64,000 bases of DNA, taken from the NCBI GenBank assembly GCA_018656065.1, contig JABHZY010000024.1, forward strand, positions 75,980 through 139,979, given 5' to 3'. Positions 1-10,496 of this stretch are shown in pieces. Positions within the stretch are counted from its first letter, which is position 1. Every line of letters starts with the position of its first letter. The stretch comes from Candidatus Komeilibacteria bacterium (GTDB lineage: Bacteria > Patescibacteriota > Patescibacteriia > UBA1558 > GWA2-36-10). Below the pieces are notes generated by a model. It saw nothing but the letters and a program-made list of their open reading frames with translations, was not told the origin of the DNA and made no database searches. The translations under genes and the position numbers were made by a program.

Positions 1-1921
1 TAAATAAAGCATCTTCCTCTGATTTATTTGATCTAGTTATTTTAACAGTATTTATTATCTCTCCATTAGTTGAAATTTGAGCTTGATGATCAATTGTTTG
101 ATAAATATTATTATCGGTTTTGCCGCCAGCAATATTAGTATTAATAACAGCTAAATAATCTTTATTATAATTTAAACTTTTACCTGACCAACCAAAATCA
201 ACTAAAGATTCTTGAGTTAGTTTATTTTCACTATATATTTGAATGTCTTTATTGGCTAAAGTTTTCGCAAAAACTTCTACAATTTCTTTGTGTTTATCAT
301 TGTTGGATAATAATTTTTCTAAAACAATTGGCACTAGGTCAGCTATAACTGCTTTAGGCTCATTGGACTCTTCATCATAATTAAGCTCTACTTCTTCTTG
401 TAAAACATCAAAAATATTTTCTTGATTTATAACAATATCATAATCCTCTAAAGTAACTGGCCCTAAAACAGCCAATAAATCTTCTAAAACATTAGCATTA
501 ATAGCAATAACACCGTCTAGAGAACTAGCTCCGGCCTGCTGATAAAACCACATTATTTTTTTGGCAGAAGTAGGAAAATCATACCACCAATTTGCATCCC
601 AAATATTAAATCCTGAATTTATCAATGATAAAGCTTGAGGTGCCTTGAGTCTAGGACCCTGCCCAGCCTCTAAATCATATAAACCTCCTGTAGGAATCTC
701 TAGATTAACAATCTTACCTTGATAAACATCAAATAAAGCAAAACTGCCAATAAAACCTCCAGTGGGTCTTATTTCATTATTATTTTGAAAAAGCACTACA
801 TATCTTTTTTCACTATCATGTCCTAATAAATCTGAACTTAATGAAAAGATATCATTTAATTCTTCTAAATTAGCGATAGTAGAAGGCAAATATGTTTTTA
901 GTCCATCAAAGTATGGTCTAAAATTAGCTGGTAAAAGATTTGTCGAAATACCATCTAAATTTGTATTAGCTGCTTCTAGATAAGGTAAAGTTTTAGTTAT
1001 TTGATCATTAAGTAATACTATGTATTCTGTTGGATTACCATTGGTCTGCAGAGTCTGATTCAAAACTGTGGCTGCCTCAGAGATATTTGTAGCTACACTC
1101 AGCATATTTCTACTAAGAGAAATGGGCTTACCAACTACTGGCATCAAACTAGCAACGTTTAGCGTCCATTTTTGATATTCATTTAGAACGTCCTGTGCTT
1201 GAGAAAAATTGTCTAAAGCATTTTCAAAATTACCTTGAGCATCTTGATAAGAATTTTCTGAAGCTGATATGACTCCTGATTGAAGACTTATTAAACCTTC
1301 TTGACTAAAATCTAATATCTTCCCTTTATCATGCTTTATTTGTCCAAACATTACCATGCCTCTAATAGGTAATAATATAACAGCTACAATAACTGCAAAA
1401 AGTAAAGATTTGTTTAAGGCTACATTAAAATTAGATATTTTTATCTTTGGTAATTGCCAAGAAATATTTTTAGTGGTTTTTTTCTTAGTACTTGGTTGTT
1501 CTAATTTACTATATACTTTAGTAAAAGAGTCTTTATATTTTACAAAATTAAATTTCGGTTTTTTCGGAATTTCAACTTTTGTTTTTCTCAAATCTATTAC
1601 ATGATCTGAAGTTGCTGTTAAATCCTCTGCTTCTTCTATTTCTATAATTGAACGTTCTTTTACTTTTTTCTGTGCCTCTGGTTTTACTTCCCTTCTACTA
1701 CGTTCAGGATCTGCAACTTTTTTAATACTAGTCAAAATTTGAGAATAAGATAAATCTTGTTTGATTAATTTATCAAGCTCATTTAAAGCTTTTTGCTTTT
1801 CTTCTTTTACATTTTCTGAGTCTATATCATTATCAAATAAAAATTGATCTAAGTCATCTACTAGATCTTTTTTTATTTCTAAAATATCTGATTTTTTATT
1901 TTGTATTTTTTCCTTAGCCAT
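1..1921 (-). CDS. DUF4012-domain membrane-anchored protein (3' end runs off window)
   Basis: Not in ORF track. ATG at 1921, hand translation MAKEKIQNKK...; TM segment followed by the DUF4012-type motifs YVVLFQNNNEIRPTGGFIGS, DANWWYDFPTSA and NTNIAGGKTD. Confidence 0.8.
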   Translation of the reverse strand, partial: MAKEKIQNKKSDILEIKKDLVDDLDQFLFDNDIDSENVKEEKQKALNELDKLIKQDLSYSQILTSIKKVADPERSRREVKPEAQKKVKERSIIEIEEAEDLTATSDHVIDLRKTKVEIPKKPKFNFVKYKDSFTKVYSKLEQPSTKKKTTKNISWQLPKIKISNFNVALNKSLLFAVIVAVILLPIRGMVMFGQIKHDKGKILDFSQEGLISLQSGVISASENSYQDAQGNFENALDNFSQAQDVLNEYQKWTLNVASLMPVVGKPISLSRNMLSVATNISEAATVLNQTLQTNGNPTEYIVLLNDQITKTLPYLEAANTNLDGISTNLLPANFRPYFDGLKTYLPSTIANLEELNDIFSLSSDLLGHDSEKRYVVLFQNNNEIRPTGGFIGSFALFDVYQGKIVNLEIPTGGLYDLEAGQGPRLKAPQALSLINSGFNIWDANWWYDFPTSAKKIMWFYQQAGASSLDGVIAINANVLEDLLAVLGPVTLEDYDIVINQENIFDVLQEEVELNYDEESNEPKAVIADLVPIVLEKLLSNNDKHKEIVEVFAKTLANKDIQIYSENKLTQESLVDFGWSGKSLNYNKDYLAVINTNIAGGKTDNNIYQTIDHQAQISTNGEIINTVKITRSNKSEEDALF

Positions 1922-1974
1922 AGCTGTTATCAAGATATATTATACCAGAATTTTTGCAAAAAACAAAGACATTT

Positions 1975-3582
1975 TTATTTAATATAGTAGGGAAACAAAA
2001 CAAAAGTATTATCTATGGGAATATACAGATGATCTTCCATTTTTAAGTTCTCTACAAACATATCTGCATCTCTAGAGAATACATAAATAGTGTCTTCATC
2101 CAAATGCCCGGCCTGTATTTTTTCCATCTGATTAGCCAAATACTCGTCCTGCCCAACTATAGGTCTAGCAAAATGTCCATTGTTAACACTAATATCATTT
2201 TGCGCTGCAAACATAGCAAAAATCATATAATTTTTATGTGGAATAACTGGATAAAAGGCTAAATGTTGATAATTTTGGCTAGCTTCTTTAAATTCAGTTG
2301 TTAAAATTGTTTCTCTAAATACTTGCCCCTCAAAAGTTTGTCCTCTTTGTTTTAAAATACCACTTAGATCATAAAATTGAATACTTAAAGTAATTATCAA
2401 AATCAATAAAGCTAATTTATATTTTAAAGTTTTTAGAATATAAAAAGATGATAAAACTAAAATATAAAACACTGGCCAAAAAAATCTACCAGAAGATCTA
2501 AATAATCCCAATACATCTTCACTTAAAAATTTACCCAAAGGTAAAGAAAATAATATATAAAAATTAAAAGCTACAACATGACTAATAGAAATTAAAATTA
2601 ATATTAAAGAAATTAAAATTAATGGCCATTGTTTATAAATAAATTGTTTTAAATTAGTTTTTACAAAAAATTTAACAGCTGATGCAAATAATAAAAGTAA
2701 AGTACCAAAGCCCAAATAATTAAAGCCTTCTGCTTGATAACGAATAATACCTAAATCTGGCAAAATATTTGACCAGCCCATAGGATTGAATATTGCATTG
2801 AGATTCATAGAAAAATCTCCATAGCCGGGTGCTTTAGCATTACCTGTCAAAAACAAACCTAAAATATAAGCTAATAAAAAAATTAAACCTTCTTCAAAAA
2901 CTAAAAAATATAATGTATCTTTTAAACCTATTTTTTTTCTAACAAAATATAAATTTAATAAATCTACTAACAATAAAAATAAATTAATAAAAAGTAAGTA
3001 TGGATGTACTAATAAAGATACAACTAAAATTAAAGACCATTTTAGATAACTTATTTTATTATGTTGAGCTAAGATAGTCCACAAGGCAGCTAGTATTAAA
3101 AAATGACCGCCTAATGCAAAATGACCGCCCAGACGAAAAAGCATTATAGGACTAAGTATAAAAAATAAAGACGCTAGTATAGCTGCTAAACGTTTTTTAA
3201 AAAATAAAGAAGATAATAAGTATCCGAAAACGCCTTGTAATACAAAACAAATAGCTATCCATAAACCAAAATATTGAAATGTTTGTGGCAATATGAAACG
3301 GATTGATTTAAAAAATATAGCCAATATTGGAATAGAATCTGTAAAACTAACAGCTATTCCAAATGGATAAGCGTAATTTGAGGCTAGGCCAATTGGCCAT
3401 GACCAATCAGCAACACTATACATTATCCAACCAAGATATTGCTGGACTGGATCTGGTCCCGCAGTAAGCAACCAAGCATCATATCTAGGATCTAAAATCT
3501 CACCGTAAATTAAAAGAAAGGCTACAAAACCCAGAATAGCTACTATTGTTATACTCAAAATGTTTTTTTGTTTATCTGACAC
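1975..3582 (-). CDS. Polytopic membrane protein, DUF6311/YfhO-like putative GT-C glycosyltransferase
   Basis: Many TM helices; DPVQQYLGW, TDSIP, EGFNYLG and FRSSGRFFWP motifs. Confidence 0.65.
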   Translation of the reverse strand: MSDKQKNILSITIVAILGFVAFLLIYGEILDPRYDAWLLTAGPDPVQQYLGWIMYSVADWSWPIGLASNYAYPFGIAVSFTDSIPILAIFFKSIRFILPQTFQYFGLWIAICFVLQGVFGYLLSSLFFKKRLAAILASLFFILSPIMLFRLGGHFALGGHFLILAALWTILAQHNKISYLKWSLILVVSLLVHPYLLFINLFLLLVDLLNLYFVRKKIGLKDTLYFLVFEEGLIFLLAYILGLFLTGNAKAPGYGDFSMNLNAIFNPMGWSNILPDLGIIRYQAEGFNYLGFGTLLLLFASAVKFFVKTNLKQFIYKQWPLILISLILILISISHVVAFNFYILFSLPLGKFLSEDVLGLFRSSGRFFWPVFYILVLSSFYILKTLKYKLALLILIITLSIQFYDLSGILKQRGQTFEGQVFRETILTTEFKEASQNYQHLAFYPVIPHKNYMIFAMFAAQNDISVNNGHFARPIVGQDEYLANQMEKIQAGHLDEDTIYVFSRDADMFVENLKMEDHLYIPIDNTFVLFPYYIK

Positions 3583-3584
3583 TC

Positions 3585-4943
3585 TTAGTAAATATTAGTA
3601 AGTAAAATATTTTTGGCAATTAATAAATATAAAATCCATGGTCCAAAAGCTAAAATAATCCACCAAATCTTATTTTTGAATATATTCCACCACTCTCTAT
3701 AGGCAAAGAAATTTAAAATTGGATAAGTAAAATATATAAAGTGCGCCTTTAAAACTCCGGCTTCTAAATAAGGTAAACGTAAATTATGATATAAAGATGC
3801 TGACCAGCCACCAACTAATACAACTAACAACAACAGATCATTATCCTCTATCTTTCGTTTTTTAATGGCCTTCCATAAAAAAGCTAACCAACCTACAAAC
3901 CAAATAAAGAAAATACCCAAAGCTAGACGATTAGTGTTAAGCATTGCTTGCCAAAGTTTAGCTGTAGTATAACGACCATTGCCTACCAATATTTTCTGAT
4001 CTTCTGGATTATTTTCTATACCCGGATAGTTAAATAAATTATAATAATCACCAAAACTATCGCTGAGTAATATAGAAAAATATGAATCCGGCTTGGAAAA
4101 CCAATATGGATAGTCTGTAAAAATATGAGTATTTATATTAAATATATACTTCCAACCATCACTTTTGATAATACTTTGTTTAGGTTTGTCGTCATAGATG
4201 TTTATGGAAAAATAAGTATTATAATTTTGTTGTTTGTAAGCAATCCAAGGAATATTTACAAAAAATACTACAAAAAAGATAATAAAAATATATTTCAAAA
4301 AATACTTTTGCTGGCTAAAAATATATTTTAATAAATAAAACACAATAACAGCTAGTAAAATTATTAAGGCGCTTATTTTTACTAAAGATGCTAAAGCTAA
4401 AATCAATGCCCAATAAACAACTTTTAATTCTTTACCCTTAGTTGCTAATTTAAATTTATAAAATAAAAGTAATAATAAAATTATTAAAGTATGTAAAAGT
4501 AATTCATTATTTATATAAGCTGATAATTTAACACCAACAAATAATATAGAAAATATGAAAGTATTAAGCAGAGCCAGCCATTTATTTTTTTTACTATAGT
4601 AATATGAAAACTGCCAAATTAAACCTAGAAAACCAAAATATATTAAAACATTAAATGTTTCCCACCAATTAAGCCCTTCTATACCTAAAAGCTGCCCAAA
4701 CTTAATCCAGCCAGTCAAAATATAATAATAAAGAGGTTCGTGCCAAGCTAAATATGTCTCATCTAAAGTAGCTAAGCGATTTTCATAAAGAATCGTTTCG
4801 GTATAAGTAATGTGTCCTCCACCATCATCAGCCCAATAAGTATTATATGACTTTATATTTTGCAAACGAATAAAAAAAGCTATTGCTAATATTAATAGCA
4901 AAGCTAAAAAGTAAAGTTTGTTTTTTCTAATCAATTCAAACAT
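3585..4943 (-). CDS. Membrane glycosyltransferase (GT-C, PMT/ArnT-like)
   Basis: N-terminal TM followed by DD..H and HEPLYY motifs; multiple TMs; located in GT cluster. Confidence 0.6.
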   Translation of the reverse strand: MFELIRKNKLYFLALLLILAIAFFIRLQNIKSYNTYWADDGGGHITYTETILYENRLATLDETYLAWHEPLYYYILTGWIKFGQLLGIEGLNWWETFNVLIYFGFLGLIWQFSYYYSKKNKWLALLNTFIFSILFVGVKLSAYINNELLLHTLIILLLLLFYKFKLATKGKELKVVYWALILALASLVKISALIILLAVIVFYLLKYIFSQQKYFLKYIFIIFFVVFFVNIPWIAYKQQNYNTYFSINIYDDKPKQSIIKSDGWKYIFNINTHIFTDYPYWFSKPDSYFSILLSDSFGDYYNLFNYPGIENNPEDQKILVGNGRYTTAKLWQAMLNTNRLALGIFFIWFVGWLAFLWKAIKKRKIEDNDLLLLVVLVGGWSASLYHNLRLPYLEAGVLKAHFIYFTYPILNFFAYREWWNIFKNKIWWIILAFGPWILYLLIAKNILLTNIY

Positions 4944-6033
4944 TATCTAATTTTTTATAGATCTCCAAAATCTCTTCTGACATCTTACGCCATGAATATT
5001 TATCTATTTGTTTATAGCCTGTTCTGATTAAATTATTACGCAAGTCATTATCATTTATAATCTCAAACATTTTCTTTTTAAGATCTTCTCTGTCCTTAGG
5101 ATTAAAATATAATGCGCTGTGTCCTAATACTTCTGGTAAAGAGCTAGAATCACTAGATAAAACTGGCAAGCCATAACTCATAGCTTCTAATGGTGGTAAG
5201 CCAAAGCCTTCATATAAAGATGGAAAAATATAAGCTCTAGCATTTTTATAATAACTATCTAACTTATCATCTGCTACGTAACCAGTAAAAATAACATTAG
5301 GACAATCAATGTCTTTAGCTAATTTTTCATAAAAATAATTTTTTTGTCCTACTAATATTAAATAATATTCTGAATGTTTCTGCCAAAATTCTTTAAAAAC
5401 TTCTATCAAAAATTCTAAATTTTTATGAGGATAAGCATTGCCAATATAAAGAAAATAGTTTTGTGGTAAATTAAAGGGCTCTTTTTGGCTACTAAAATAT
5501 GTACTAACTCCTTCATAAATCACCTCAATTTTTTTAGCCTCTCTATCTTCTAATTGGAAATATTCTTTGATATCTTTAGCTGTAAATTTAGAAACTGCTA
5601 TTATTTTTTTAGAATTTTTAACAGCATTTCTAATCACTTGTTTATAAAACCAATACTTTATCTTAAACCAAAAGGTATTTAAAGTACTAGCTTTACGACT
5701 TGGAAATTTAGTCATTATTAAATCATGGATGGTTACTACAAAATTACCACTATAAAAAATTGGCACGTTAAAATGTGGAAAATGGACTAGATCTGGCTTT
5801 AATTTATATAAAACCCAAGGTAATACAATTTGCTCTTTTATTCCATACCAATGACAGTCACAAATTTTAATTTCAAAATTATCCGGCAAATTAATTTCAG
5901 GAGTTTCTTTAAAAAGTAAAATATAATGATTTGATTTATCTAATTTTTTAAGTTCACTTAAAAACTCTTGATTATAACGACCAAGTCCACCGGGTTTTGT
6001 ACCAAAAATTCTAAAATCAATTACAATTCTCAT
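4936..6033 (-). CDS. Glycosyltransferase family 4
   Basis: VTIHDL, PHKN and FPSLYEGFGLPPLEAM motifs. Confidence 0.92.
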   Translation of the reverse strand: MRIVIDFRIFGTKPGGLGRYNQEFLSELKKLDKSNHYILLFKETPEINLPDNFEIKICDCHWYGIKEQIVLPWVLYKLKPDLVHFPHFNVPIFYSGNFVVTIHDLIMTKFPSRKASTLNTFWFKIKYWFYKQVIRNAVKNSKKIIAVSKFTAKDIKEYFQLEDREAKKIEVIYEGVSTYFSSQKEPFNLPQNYFLYIGNAYPHKNLEFLIEVFKEFWQKHSEYYLILVGQKNYFYEKLAKDIDCPNVIFTGYVADDKLDSYYKNARAYIFPSLYEGFGLPPLEAMSYGLPVLSSDSSSLPEVLGHSALYFNPKDREDLKKKMFEIINDNDLRNNLIRTGYKQIDKYSWRKMSEEILEIYKKLDNV

Positions 6034-7151
6034 TTTTTATAGCTATTAAATAAATCTAACATTTGTTGAGCTTGGTTTTCCCACTTAGGAACCTTAAAAC
6101 TACTAGCCGATTTTTTAAACTGTTTAATTAATTTTTCATCCTCAGTTAAAAACTTCAAAGCTTTATATATATCACTAATGTTATAAGGATCAACGTATAA
6201 AGCCTGTTGTTTGTTCATTTCCGGAAGGGCTGTTTTATAACTTACTATTACTGGTGTTTTATAAGAAATTGCTTCCATTGGTGGAAAACCAAAGCCTTCA
6301 TATAAAGAGGGCCAAATTAAACCCTGACTCATATAATACAAAGCATCTTTAGCTGGAGATTCTACATAATTTAAATAATGAATAAAAGGTCTTTTTTTAA
6401 TTTTTTGTAACAATTTTCTATAAACCCAACCCTTCTTACCAACTACTACCAAATGCACATCTGGAGATTCTAAATGATATCTATCAAAAGCTTTGATGAT
6501 ACTCTCTATATTTTTACGAGGCTCAAGTGTGCCTAAATAAATAAAAAACTTATCTGGAAGATTAAAATCTTTTAGTATATCTCTAGCTCTATCCTCATTC
6601 ATTGGAATAGAATTAATACCAGGATTAATTATAGTAATTTTATCTTCAGTTAAAGGAAAAAAACGCATTAAATCTCTTTTAGTATTGCCAGAAACAGCTA
6701 TAATTTTATCAGCCTGTCTAACCAATTTTTCTACATTTACCATTTTATGCCAATATCTTCTTCTTAAAGAATAAAATTCTCTACTATGTAAAAAAGATAA
6801 ATCATGAACTGTCAAAATCATTGGATATTTTTTTGATAAATTACAAAAATTAATATTAGGCATCCAAAAAAGATCTATGTCTTTAAAAAAATTTTCACAA
6901 ATATTAGAATTAATTCCCAATAATAAATTTAAATTCAAAACTTTATTAGCAATTGGAATATGAAAATGTTTAACATTTGATTGATTAAAATCTAATTGCA
7001 TATAAGGGTCCTTCTTCAAGCCCGAACTGAATAAATAATAATTATTTTCTTTATCCAATTCTAAAAGATGAGTAATAGCATAATAAATATATTTGCCAAT
7101 ACCTGTTAACTTTTTATTTCCTAAAGCTCTGATGTCTATACCTATATTCAT
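6030..7151 (-). CDS. Glycosyltransferase family 4
   Basis: LTVHDL, EPRKN and PSLYEGFGFPPMEA motifs. Confidence 0.92.
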   Translation of the reverse strand: MNIGIDIRALGNKKLTGIGKYIYYAITHLLELDKENNYYLFSSGLKKDPYMQLDFNQSNVKHFHIPIANKVLNLNLLLGINSNICENFFKDIDLFWMPNINFCNLSKKYPMILTVHDLSFLHSREFYSLRRRYWHKMVNVEKLVRQADKIIAVSGNTKRDLMRFFPLTEDKITIINPGINSIPMNEDRARDILKDFNLPDKFFIYLGTLEPRKNIESIIKAFDRYHLESPDVHLVVVGKKGWVYRKLLQKIKKRPFIHYLNYVESPAKDALYYMSQGLIWPSLYEGFGFPPMEAISYKTPVIVSYKTALPEMNKQQALYVDPYNISDIYKALKFLTEDEKLIKQFKKSASSFKVPKWENQAQQMLDLFNSYKK

Positions 7152-8245
7152 AAAGCTTCAATCAAGTTAAGTATCTTTTCCTTAAATCTTTTTTCATCAA
7201 ATTTTTTGGCATGCTCTCTAATAATTTTAGAATCAAATTTAGCATGATCAAATCTTAATATCTTGTGAGCTAAGGATTCCCAAGTCTGTTCTTCAAAAAA
7301 CAAACCAGTCTGATTATCAATCACTGTCTCTAATGCACCGCCCTTAGCATAAGCTATTACTGGCCTACCAGAAGACATTGCTTCTAAAGCAGATATACCA
7401 AAATCTTCTAATTGCGGATAAATAAATGCCTTACAACGCGCTAAATGATAATTCCTTTCTTTATCTGATACCTCACCTAAAAATTCAATGTTGGAATGAG
7501 CCATCTTTTTTAATTTTCTAAGTTCAGAACCTCCTCCAATTATTTTAAGTGGTAATTTCAAATTATTAAAAGCCTGAATTGCCAAATCTACTTTTTTATA
7601 TGGTCTAAGACGAGAAACTATAAGATAATAATCTTCTACTTCCTCCGAGATATGAAAATCGGCTACTCGAACTGGTGGATGGATAACTACTGAATTTTTT
7701 TTATAATGTTTTTTTATTTTATTAGCTATAAAATGTGAATTAGCTATAAAATGATCTACTTCTTGAGCTTTAGAAAAATCCCAATTTTGTAATTTATTTA
7801 AAACTTTAGGTAAAAAATTCTTTAATAATTTTCCTTCTGGTAAATTACCTATATATTCTTCTTTATCATCCCACAAATATCTAGTCGGTGCATGACAATA
7901 ACAAATATGCTTATTATTATGCCCTGTTTTTACGCCTTTAACAAAAGCCGAAGATGAAGAAATAATTAAATCATAACTACTTAAATCTGTTTTCTCCCAA
8001 ACCCTAGGCATTAACACTAAAAAATATTTAAAAAGTTTATTAATACCTGGAATTTTCTGTAAATTAGAAGTGACTATATTTTTCTGATTGAGTATTTTTT
8101 TAGTTATTTTAGGATCATTTATTAAAGTAAAAATAGGCGCTTGAGGATTTAAAGTAGCTAAAGCTACTAGAACTTTTTCAGCTCCACCTATTTGAAACAA
8201 ATGATCATGAGCCAGGGCAATTTTTTTCATATTATCCTTGATCAC
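7148..8245 (-). CDS. Glycosyltransferase family 4 (mannosyltransferase-like)
   Basis: GGAEKV, CYCHAPTRYLWD and EDFGISALEAM motifs. Confidence 0.9.
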   Translation of the reverse strand: MIKDNMKKIALAHDHLFQIGGAEKVLVALATLNPQAPIFTLINDPKITKKILNQKNIVTSNLQKIPGINKLFKYFLVLMPRVWEKTDLSSYDLIISSSSAFVKGVKTGHNNKHICYCHAPTRYLWDDKEEYIGNLPEGKLLKNFLPKVLNKLQNWDFSKAQEVDHFIANSHFIANKIKKHYKKNSVVIHPPVRVADFHISEEVEDYYLIVSRLRPYKKVDLAIQAFNNLKLPLKIIGGGSELRKLKKMAHSNIEFLGEVSDKERNYHLARCKAFIYPQLEDFGISALEAMSSGRPVIAYAKGGALETVIDNQTGLFFEEQTWESLAHKILRFDHAKFDSKIIREHAKKFDEKRFKEKILNLIEAL

Positions 8246-9620
8246 CTTTAATAACTGCCATTGGAGTTTTTAATAAGATTATCAAATCAAGTAGTACAGA
8301 CCAATTTTCTATATAAAAAATATCTAACTTAGCTTCTTCACTAAAATCTAAATTAGCTCGTCCAGAAACTTGAGCCATGCCAGTAATACCTGGTTTGATA
8401 AATAATAATTTCTTATAACCTTTTTGATATTTATCAACTTCAGCTGGTTCGTGTGGTCGTGGACCCACTAAGCTCATACTAGCCCCTAAAACATTAATAA
8501 GTTGTGGTAATTCATCTAGACTGGCTCGCCTTAAAAATTTACCAACTTTTGTAACTCTGGGATCATCTTTCATTTTAAAAAGCGGACCATCAACTCTTTC
8601 GTTATATTGCATCACTTCTGATTTCATTTTATCAGCATCTTTAACCATAGAACGAAATTTATACATTTTAAAAATTTTTCCTTTATTACCGACTCTAGAC
8701 AATTTCACAAAAATTGGTCCTTGAGAATCCAATTTAATAGCTATGGCTATAATTATAAACACTGGTGATAAAATTATTAACAATAAAATAGCTACTATTA
8801 AATCAAATGTTCTTTTATAAACATGACGCCAACCATCTAGCGGCGTACCTTGAATTTCAATAACAGGTAAACCAGCTACGGAATTTATATTAAAATGTAA
8901 ACTTTGAGTTTGAAAAAGACTGGCCACATATCGAAGATTCAAATGATTCTCCTGACAATAAGTTAATAAATTAAGAGCTTCTTTTTTTTCTATACTAGAG
9001 TCTGTCTGAATCAAATTATCAATTTGTTTATTTTTTATTTGACTTACAATATCTGATGAATTTTCTAAATCCCCCAAACTATTAAACTCCGCTATAATTT
9101 TATAACCCATCTGAGGACTTTTATTATAAGTATCTACAATTGCTTGGCGACTAATATCGCTGCCTAATACTATCACTTTAGATAGCCCGTGCCCTTTTTT
9201 GAGAAAATAATTTCGAATAGCAAAAACTATTATTCTAGATATAAAAAGATAAATAATAGTAAGTCCCCAAGAAAAAATTATAATAAAACGAGAAGAAAAT
9301 AATTCCTTCTGCCAAAAAATAGCTAAAATAATTATAATGCCAACTGTAGATACTCCTGTAAAAATTTTTGGTAATTCTTTAGCCAACTTTTTATCTCGCA
9401 TAGCATAAAAACCACTCATAGCAAAAACTATAATAGACATAAAAGCCACCTTAAAAGCTAAGCTAGCAAACTCTGATAAAGGCATTTCATAAAATACTGG
9501 CCTTATCTCTTCTATTGATTCTGAAAATCTTAAAAAATAAGCCGATAAAGCAGCTAGAACTACTATTGCATAATCAATAGGCACTAAAGCAATATTTACA
9601 ATAAAATTAGCTTTTTTCAT
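8232..9620 (-). CDS. Undecaprenyl-phosphate sugar phosphotransferase (WcaJ/WbaP family priming transferase)
   Basis: KRTFD, YKFRSM, DPRVT, SLDELPQL, MSLVGPRP and KPGITG motifs. Confidence 0.93.
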   Translation of the reverse strand: MKKANFIVNIALVPIDYAIVVLAALSAYFLRFSESIEEIRPVFYEMPLSEFASLAFKVAFMSIIVFAMSGFYAMRDKKLAKELPKIFTGVSTVGIIIILAIFWQKELFSSRFIIIFSWGLTIIYLFISRIIVFAIRNYFLKKGHGLSKVIVLGSDISRQAIVDTYNKSPQMGYKIIAEFNSLGDLENSSDIVSQIKNKQIDNLIQTDSSIEKKEALNLLTYCQENHLNLRYVASLFQTQSLHFNINSVAGLPVIEIQGTPLDGWRHVYKRTFDLIVAILLLIILSPVFIIIAIAIKLDSQGPIFVKLSRVGNKGKIFKMYKFRSMVKDADKMKSEVMQYNERVDGPLFKMKDDPRVTKVGKFLRRASLDELPQLINVLGASMSLVGPRPHEPAEVDKYQKGYKKLLFIKPGITGMAQVSGRANLDFSEEAKLDIFYIENWSVLLDLIILLKTPMAVIKGDQG

Positions 9621-9677
9621 AGTATAGATATAATATCATTTGCCCCTTATTTAGTAAATATCTATTAACTATTATCC

Positions 9678-9708
9678 TTGACAAAACTAGTAAAATATTG
9701 TATATATT
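9678..9708 (+). promoter_or_regulatory. sigma70-type promoter of rnpB
   Basis: TTGACA at 9678, 17-nt spacer, TATATATT box just upstream of the RNA. Confidence 0.65.
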
Positions 9709-9714
9709 AAACAT

Positions 9715-10063
9715 AAGGTTTAAATAGACCGAGATGATTGCTAATTATAGCGTAAAGCTATAATTAGAGGAAAGTCCGAACACCACAAAAAAGATAGTTG
9801 GTAACGCCAACCGTTTCTAATGCAAATTAGGGATAGGACAAGTGCAACAGAGAATATTCCTTCCTTCGGGATAAGGGTGAAAATGTCAGATAATTAGCTG
9901 ACACGTCAACATGGTGACATGTAGAAAGAGGTAAACTTCTATCCGGTGTAAGGCCAAATAGGCCCTTCGGGGCGGGTAGGCTGCTTGAGATTACAAGCAA
10001 TTGTAATCCTAGATAGATGATCATCCTAGACAGAATTCGGCTTATGAGGTCTATTTAAGCCTT
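9715..10063 (+). ncRNA. rnpB: RNase P RNA
   Basis: GAGGAAAGTCC and ACAGAATTCGGCTTA conserved regions; P1 helix aaggtttaaatagacc/ggtctatttaagcctt; P3 hairpin; AGTGCAACAGA and GGGTGAAA motifs. Confidence 0.95.
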
Positions 10064-10084
10064 TTTTATTACCTTAAAAAGTAG

Positions 10085-10118
10085 TTGACATATTTTATAT
10101 TTTATGATATATTATAAT
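10085..10118 (+). promoter_or_regulatory. sigma70-type promoter of Cys-rich orphan gene
   Basis: TTGACA at 10085, 17-nt spacer, TG-n-TATATT (overlapping TATAAT). Confidence 0.65.
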
Positions 10119-10170
10119 GTCCGCAAAAATCCTCTCAACATTCAAGCAATCAGCTGAAGGAGGTGAAATC

Positions 10171-10401
10171 ATGGACACCAAACCGGAAACCATCGAAATA
10201 AAGGAGTCAAATCAAGATGTTTGCAATGGATGCAACGCGACAAATCCCAGTAGATGTAGCCGATGCAATGGATGCTTATCCAAAATTGCCGGCGGTTATC
10301 AGGGCTACTGCGGATGTACATGCAAACACTCGGTTTGCCCTATTTGCGACACTGCCCGTCCTTTCGGGTATTGCCCTCACTGCGACGACAGCGAGGACTG
10401 A
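10171..10401 (+). CDS. Small cysteine-rich protein (76 aa, 12 Cys), putative metal-binding
   Basis: AGGAGGTG SD before ATG 10171 (preferred over 10117); several CxxC motifs; own promoter and terminator. Confidence 0.65.
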   Translation: MDTKPETIEIKESNQDVCNGCNATNPSRCSRCNGCLSKIAGGYQGYCGCTCKHSVCPICDTARPFGYCPHCDDSED

Positions 10402-10408
10402 CCAGTTA

Positions 10409-10453
10409 AAGGAGGTCTACGGATTCATAATTTGTAAATCTCCTTTTCTTTTT
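10409..10453 (+). terminator. Intrinsic terminator after Cys-rich gene
   Basis: aaggaggtctacgga...tttgtaaatctcctt hairpin followed by a T tract. Confidence 0.6.
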
Positions 10454-10462
10454 GTTTAAAAT

Positions 10463-10496
10463 AAAAAAACAGCTTAATTTAATAGGCTGCTTTTTT
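10463..10496. terminator. Bidirectional terminator at end of minus-strand operon
   Basis: A-run, cagctt...aggctg stem, T-run. Confidence 0.5.

Noticed and set aside
1356-1604. 82-aa plus-strand ORF
   Set aside because: Antisense to the long DUF4012 gene that the track missed because it runs off the window
9827-10024. 65-aa minus-strand ORF
   Set aside because: Antisense shadow of RNase P RNA
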